Assembly: GCA_039715015.1 (NCBI GenBank)
Contig: JBDLIE010000004.1
Coordinates: 32,001-96,000, forward strand
DNA: 64,000 bases
Source of the DNA: Thermodesulfobacteriota bacterium
Lineage (GTDB): Bacteria > Desulfobacterota > Desulfobulbia > Desulfobulbales > SURF-16
Reading direction: 5' to 3'
A program made the position numbers and the translations under genes. The notes beneath the pieces are model-generated. The model saw only the letters and a list, made by a program, of their open reading frames with translations, was not told the origin of the DNA and did not search any database. Below are positions 58,980 through 64,000 of the stretch, piece after piece. The number at the start of each line of letters is the position of its first letter. Within the stretch, counting starts at the first letter, position 1.

Positions 58980-60188
58980 ATGAGCGAGCAACCCATCTCC
59001 TTGGCAGCCAGGATGTCTCAGATTAAGCCTTCTCCCACCCTGGCAGTAAATGCCAAGGCTAAGGAGATGAAAGCTGCTGGGGCTGATATCCTTAACTTTA
59101 GTGTTGGTGAGCCTGATTTTCCAACCCCTGATCACGTTTGTGAGGGCGGTAAACAGGCCATTGAGGAGAAATTTACCAGGTACACGGCAGTACCCGGAAT
59201 TCCAGAACTGCGGGAAGCCATCGTTAAACGTTTTAAGGATGATCATGGCTGGGAGTATGAGGCTGACCAGGTCCAGGTCTCCTGCGGTGGTAAGCATGGC
59301 CTTTATAATATGGCCCAGGCCCTTTTCGGCCCTGGTGATGAGGTGCTTATCCCGACGCCCTATTGGGTTTCCTATCCACCCATCATTACCCTTACCGGGG
59401 CAACTCCTGTGCTTGTTTCCTTGGATGAGAAGGACGATTTTGATCTCACCGAGGAGAATCTTAAGAAATTTGCCACTGAGAAAACCAGGGGCATTATTCT
59501 TAACTCCCCATCCAACCCCACCGGGGCGGTTTTTTCTGCAAAGGCTCTGAGGTTAGTGGCGGATATGGCCCTTGCCAATGGCTGGGTGGTCATCTCTGAT
59601 GATATTTATGATACCATTGTCTACGGCGACGAACCCTTGCCCCATATCCTCGATATCGCCCCTGAATTAAAAGATCAGGTGGTTATCTCAAACGGTGTTT
59701 CCAAGTCCTTTGCCATGACCGGCTGGCGTATCGGCTACACCCTTGGCCCTAAGCATATCATTGCGGCCATGAACAAAATTCAGAGCCAGTCCACCTCCAA
59801 TCCATCCTCCGTAGCGCAACGGGCCGCTTTAGCCGCTGTTTCCGGCCCCCAGGATTTCCCTGCCACCATGAAGGAGTCCTTTGTGCCGCGGCTCAATTAT
59901 ATCCTCTCAGAGATGACCTCCATTGAAGGAGTTACCTGTGTGGTGCCAAAGGGAGCTTTTTATGTTTTCCCAAATCTCTCAGCCTATTACGGTAAATCGT
60001 ACGATGGCAAGGTCATTGAGGGGTCGGTGGATATGTCAGCCTATCTTCTAGAAAAGAGCTTCATGGCCACTGTACCTGGTGCCGCCTTTGGTGCTGACGA
60101 GTTTGTCCGCTTCTCCTTTGCCGCTTCCATGGATGATATCAAGGAAGGCATGAAGAGACTGAAAGAGGCCATTGCTAATCTGAAGTAA
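58980..60188 (+). CDS. aspC: Aspartate aminotransferase (class I/II PLP enzyme)
   Basis: GEPDF, PYWVSY, NSPSNPTG, SDDIY, SKSFAMTGWRIG. Confidence 0.9.
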   Translation: MSEQPISLAARMSQIKPSPTLAVNAKAKEMKAAGADILNFSVGEPDFPTPDHVCEGGKQAIEEKFTRYTAVPGIPELREAIVKRFKDDHGWEYEADQVQVSCGGKHGLYNMAQALFGPGDEVLIPTPYWVSYPPIITLTGATPVLVSLDEKDDFDLTEENLKKFATEKTRGIILNSPSNPTGAVFSAKALRLVADMALANGWVVISDDIYDTIVYGDEPLPHILDIAPELKDQVVISNGVSKSFAMTGWRIGYTLGPKHIIAAMNKIQSQSTSNPSSVAQRAALAAVSGPQDFPATMKESFVPRLNYILSEMTSIEGVTCVVPKGAFYVFPNLSAYYGKSYDGKVIEGSVDMSAYLLEKSFMATVPGAAFGADEFVRFSFAASMDDIKEGMKRLKEAIANLK

Positions 60189-60211
60189 ATTTCTGACTGG
60201 TCCCAGCACAT

Positions 60212-60251
60212 AAAAAAAGGCGATTCTCAATAAGAGAACCGCCTTTTTTTT
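60212..60251. terminator. Bidirectional intrinsic terminator
   Basis: A7-GGCGATTCTC-AATAA-GAGAACCGCC-T8. Confidence 0.85.
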
Positions 60252-60282
60252 ATGAATAACGATAATAAGGGCAGAGTAGTTA

Positions 60283-60456
60283 TCAGTCCTCTTCACTCAT
60301 CGCCCAAGTCCATTGGTCCAAGGGTTTTGGGTTGGAGACAGGTTTTGAACCGTTGCTCTTATAGCATTGATACACCCAGCTTCCGTCTTTTGTATAAATT
60401 TTAATCAGTCCAAGCGAGGGATGCGTGTACATCCCATCTTTATACGACCCGTCCAT
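60283..60456 (-). CDS. 57-aa small protein (below ORF-track cutoff)
   Basis: CAGGAG RBS; MDGSYKDGMYTHPSLGLIKIYTKDGSWVYQCYKSNGSKPVSNPKPLDQWTWAMSEED; ends before the terminator. Confidence 0.65.
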   Translation of the reverse strand: MDGSYKDGMYTHPSLGLIKIYTKDGSWVYQCYKSNGSKPVSNPKPLDQWTWAMSEED

Positions 60457-60582
60457 GCTACTCTCTCCTGCTTTTTTCTTTGTTTTACCGCCTAAAAGGT
60501 GGACTCATTTATAGAACAATTCCCTCTCCTTGGAGAGAGGGTCAGGGTGAGGGGGAAATACATTGGCGTAAATCCCTTAAAT

Positions 60583-61086
60583 TTATTCCTCTTTCTTATC
60601 CAGGCATGTAGCGATACATGCAGAGCAATTATCCTTGGTCTGGCCAGTGGCACAGAAATCGCTAAAGCTCTGTATCCAGTCTGCACCACCTCGGGGGCAT
60701 TCTTCAACAAATTTTACAAAATTTATCATCCGGTCAATGATTTTTCTGGGCGCGGCATGCTCAATTTTGCAAGCGCCTTCGTCGGCGGTCTTCTCATCTA
60801 CAGCCAGCACCTTGATGAAAAAATCTTGAAGGGCCTGGTGACGGCGGATGATGTCAGCACTTACCTCTTCACCTTTTGGGGTAAGGGTAATCACTTCGTA
60901 GGGGGCGTAATTAATCAGGCCTTTCTTGGCCAGAGAACGGAAAGCCTCAGTCACCGAGGACCGGCTGACGTCAAGTTCAGCGGCAATTTCCTTGGCACGG
61001 GCAACCTGTTTTTCGGCGATGATATGGGCAATGACCTCAAGATAATCCTCAAGGCTGGCACTGAGTTGTTCATCATCCTGCATCAT
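60583..61086 (-). CDS. DtxR/MntR-family metal-dependent regulator with Cys-rich tail
   Basis: SLEDYLE, HTH VSRSSVT, RRH, ACKIEH; tail C..FC..CSACIATC. Confidence 0.9.
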   Translation of the reverse strand: MMQDDEQLSASLEDYLEVIAHIIAEKQVARAKEIAAELDVSRSSVTEAFRSLAKKGLINYAPYEVITLTPKGEEVSADIIRRHQALQDFFIKVLAVDEKTADEGACKIEHAAPRKIIDRMINFVKFVEECPRGGADWIQSFSDFCATGQTKDNCSACIATCLDKKEE

Positions 61087-61502
61087 GGATAACTCCTGTG
61101 TTTTGCTCCATTAAAATAATTCCTGAATGATTTACATTACTTTAACTAAGACTACCTGTGCCACAGGATAATTGCTACGATTTTGTCGATGATTTTTGAG
61201 CATTGTTTTGACAAGAGAAATCGTCATATGACGTTGCAAGTGATTTGTGAAATAGGAGAATGTACTCTTTTTTTATGGGACAATTTTAATTTTCATTAAA
61301 TTATTCTGACTCAGTTTTAATCTGCATTAAAAAACATGAACTCAACAAAAATGATATGCCTGATTTCCTTTGCTTATTAGGAATTACTATGAGTAAAATT
61401 CTTGCGAATGAGCCGCTGTTTTGTTATAAGTACTTGAAGTTTAGCCTAAAAACACCATGAGTGAGTGGGGCATCATCCTTAAAAATTGTGAAAGGTGAAA
61501 GT

Positions 61503-61970
61503 ATGAATGAAAAAGGTTTTACACTTATCGAACTTATCGTCATTATCGTCATTCTTGGTATCCTGGCGGTGACAGCAATTCCTAAATATCTCGATATGAC
61601 AAATGAGGCGCGTACGGCAAGTGTACAGGGTCTTGCTGGAGGATTAGCTGGTGCAAATTCTATAGTTCATGCAGCATGTTTACTTGATCCGCTTTGCGAT
61701 GTTTCTATTGCTGGGCAAACCGCTACAGTTAGCGGCCAAGCTGTCACTGTTGATTTTGGATATCCTACAGCTGATGCTGCTGGTATCCTCGCTGCCATGG
61801 ATATTACGTTAGGTAATTTCTCCACAACAGTAGTTGCTGGTCCACCAGACAATCTAGTCTTTCACTTAACAGCTGCCGCTGGTAACAATTGTGAGGCTGT
61901 ATTTACTGAAACAAATGTCGCAGGTACCGCAGCAACCATCACGACAGATACAACTGTTTGTAATTTCTAA
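61503..61970 (+). CDS. Type IV pilin, MSHA (MshA)-like
   Basis: KG|FTLIELIVIIVILGILAVTAIPKY, FGYPTA, C-terminal Cys pair. Confidence 0.88.
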   Translation: MNEKGFTLIELIVIIVILGILAVTAIPKYLDMTNEARTASVQGLAGGLAGANSIVHAACLLDPLCDVSIAGQTATVSGQAVTVDFGYPTADAAGILAAMDITLGNFSTTVVAGPPDNLVFHLTAAAGNNCEAVFTETNVAGTAATITTDTTVCNF

Positions 61971-61997
61971 AGTCAAATTTCTCAGACTTGGATTCAT

Positions 61998-62034
61998 AAA
62001 AAAAGCTGCCCCTGTTAAAGGGGCAGCTTTTTTT
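61998..62034. terminator. Bidirectional intrinsic terminator
   Basis: A7-GCTGCCCCT-GTTAA-AGGGGCAGC-T7. Confidence 0.9.
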
Positions 62035-62160
62035 ATATCTGATGAACACCTAGATTTTCAATAGGTGTTCTCTTTCTAGCGCCAGAAGTTAACTGCTGAA
62101 CAATTGACATATGATCAATAGGTAGTTGGCTCTGGGATTAAATAGCATCGCAGTTTGAGA

Positions 62161-63399
62161 TCACCCCCCCCGCATGACCGACATCAACGACCACATGGGA
62201 GTGAAGATGGCCAGGGCGATAAAGCCGACCATGATACCCATGAAGAGCAGGAGCATGGGCTCAATGAGGGTGGAGAGATTTTTGATGGTGTATTCGGTTT
62301 CCATCTCGTAATAGTCGGAGACCTTGTCCATCATTTCATCCACACGGCCCGATTCCACACCGACGCTCACCATCTGGGTTATCATTTCCGGAAAGAGGTG
62401 CTGGCGGGCCATGGCCTCATCAAGGGCGATACCTTCCTCTACCTCGGAGGAGATCTCGGCAAGTTGATCACGGAGAATGAGATTCTCCAGGGCTGCGGAA
62501 GAGAGACCAAGTGTTTTGATGATATCAATGCCGCTTCTGGTCAAAACAGCAAAGACCCGGCTGAAACGGGCCATATAGATCTTGGTGTACAGATCACCAA
62601 AAACGGGCAGGCGGATGGTTATTGAGTCGCGAAAATGGACAAAGTCCCTGTACTGGAGCCCCATGCGGTAAAGAAATACCAAGCCCACCACAAAACCGAT
62701 GATAAGAATATTATAGGTGGCACAAAAATCACTTATAGTGATGAGTAGTCTGGTGGCAAAGGGCAGCTTTACTTTGGCATTGGTAAAGAGGGTCACAAAT
62801 TTAGGGACTACATAGCTCATCAGGAAGAAAACAGCGGAGAACAGGGCTATGACAACTATTTTCGGGTAACGGGTGGCTGCCTTGATTCGTTCCCGGATCT
62901 CTTTTTCGTTCTCCATCAGGTCTGCCATATAACCAAAGGAGGTGTCGAGGTTGCCTGACTCCTCACCGACCTTAATAATATTTCTATAAAGTACTGAAAA
63001 GATTTTTGGCTGCTTTTCGAAGGTGTCGCCAAGACTTTCCCCCTGCTCAACCTCAATCCGTATTTTGAAAATTACCTCGCGCAGAAGGGGATTGGTGACC
63101 TGCTTGCCAAGAATTGTCAGAGTACGAAGCATGTCCACCCCGGCAGAAAGAAGAGTAGAGCATTGCCTGCAAAAGAGGATGTGATCTTCGAGGTTTATTC
63201 CCTGCCATTTCTCAAGGAGGGATACCTTGTGTTCTGCCCCCTCATCAGCTTTGCCATTTTCACCCGCAGCAATGATACTCACCGGAGTAAGACGTTGGGC
63301 CATGAGCCATTTTTCAACGTCCGTGACAATATCGGCCTCGTGGGTGCCGTGCTTGGAGACGCCGCGGCTATCTATGGCTTCGTAGTAGAAAGCAGGCAT
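62161..63399 (-). CDS. Type II secretion F-family platform protein (PilC/MshG)
   Basis: FCRQ.STLLSAG, VGEESGNL, AATRYP, GVESGRVDEM, LIEP. Confidence 0.92.
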   Translation of the reverse strand: MPAFYYEAIDSRGVSKHGTHEADIVTDVEKWLMAQRLTPVSIIAAGENGKADEGAEHKVSLLEKWQGINLEDHILFCRQCSTLLSAGVDMLRTLTILGKQVTNPLLREVIFKIRIEVEQGESLGDTFEKQPKIFSVLYRNIIKVGEESGNLDTSFGYMADLMENEKEIRERIKAATRYPKIVVIALFSAVFFLMSYVVPKFVTLFTNAKVKLPFATRLLITISDFCATYNILIIGFVVGLVFLYRMGLQYRDFVHFRDSITIRLPVFGDLYTKIYMARFSRVFAVLTRSGIDIIKTLGLSSAALENLILRDQLAEISSEVEEGIALDEAMARQHLFPEMITQMVSVGVESGRVDEMMDKVSDYYEMETEYTIKNLSTLIEPMLLLFMGIMVGFIALAIFTPMWSLMSVMRGG

Positions 63400-63401
63400 G
63401 G

Positions 63402-64000
63402 CTACTCTTTATGCTCCAGAGAAAGACGCAGCACTTCGTCAAGGGATGTGACTCCTGCCAGTACCTTACCCAGGCCTGTTTGGCGTAGATTCTGAAAACC
63501 TTCAAGGGCTGCCTGGCGAGCAATCGCCCGGGAAGAGGCCTGTTCCATGATCAGTTTTTCGATCTCTTTAGAAAGTTCAAGGATCTCATAGATCGCTGTT
63601 CGGCCCCGATAACCTGTTGATTCACATTTTGAGCACCCTTTTGGGCGATAAATGACAATCTCATCCTGAGGGGTGGTAGGGAAAAGATCTGTGATTGAGG
63701 GAGTGATTTCCTGCCTTTCTTTACAGGAGGGACAAAGCCGTCGTGGCAGACGCTGGGCAAGGACCAGGCCAAGAGATGAAGCGATCAGGAAGGGCGGGAT
63801 ACCCATATCAATAAGACGAGCCACAGCCCCGCAAGAGTCATTGGTGTGTAATGTGGAAAGTACCAGATGGCCGGTGAGAGCTGCCTGAATGGCAATCTCA
63901 GCCGTCTCCACGTCACGAATCTCACCAATCATGACAATGTCAGGGTCCTGGCGGAGAATGGAGCGCAGGGCAGAAACAAAGTTGAGACCAGCTTTGAGAT
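63402..64000 (-). CDS. PilB/MshE/GspE assembly ATPase, 3' part (runs off the window)
   Basis: [44 protein letters not shown]. Confidence 0.92.
   Translation of the reverse strand, partial: LKAGLNFVSALRSILRQDPDIVMIGEIRDVETAEIAIQAALTGHLVLSTLHTNDSCGAVARLIDMGIPPFLIASSLGLVLAQRLPRRLCPSCKERQEITPSITDLFPTTPQDEIVIYRPKGCSKCESTGYRGRTAIYEILELSKEIEKLIMEQASSRAIARQAALEGFQNLRQTGLGKVLAGVTSLDEVLRLSLEHKE

Noticed and set aside
60283..60456. Possible frameshift in the small ORF
   Set aside because: Re-reading the bases gives one continuous 57-codon frame.
60499..61092. 197-aa plus-strand ORF
   Set aside because: Antisense shadow of the DtxR/MntR gene, with no motifs.

Overview
Mostly core chromosomal DNA of an anaerobic Desulfobacterota (deltaproteobacterial) cell, probably Desulfobulbales; this is inferred from gene content and order, not from a search. 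In order: rpmF-plsX-fabH-[acyl-CoA dehydrogenase-etfB-ferredoxin-fused etfA]-fabG-acpP-fabF-rpiB-glyA-dCMP deaminase-nrdR-ribD-ribE-ribBA-ribH-nusB-ftsK. Next is a ~3.1 kb insert (IS91-type remnant, SH3 gene, RAYT/Y1 transposase with inverted ends and stuttered end copies) bounded by a second, diverged copy of the ftsK 3' end. Then nikR with an Ni/Co ECF transporter and two operator boxes, a UvrD helicase, folC, an HNH protein and pfk. Two convergent small genes follow, each with an in-frame UGA plus a SECIS-like hairpin (a HesB-like protein and an unannotated CxxC-U-CxxC protein), then tRNA-His, tandem PilZ genes and an ABC-F. Then mrp-MBL hydrolase-selB-hflX-DUF4390-ntrY-ntrX-atypical clpX, hemB, a GGDEF protein, DUF89, ttcA-like, hisB, tRNA-Gly, rplM-rpsI-argC-truA-aspC, a DtxR/MntR regulator, an MSHA-type pilin and PilC/PilB-type genes. 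Best leads: (1) a CarCDE/Bcd-EtfAB-like module sitting where fabD normally lies in the fatty-acid synthesis operon, possibly an electron-bifurcating enoyl-ACP reductase; (2) a selenoprotein gene hidden from the ORF track at 32402-32620; (3) the HUH-transposase island in ftsK; (4) a probable ATC start for hflX.
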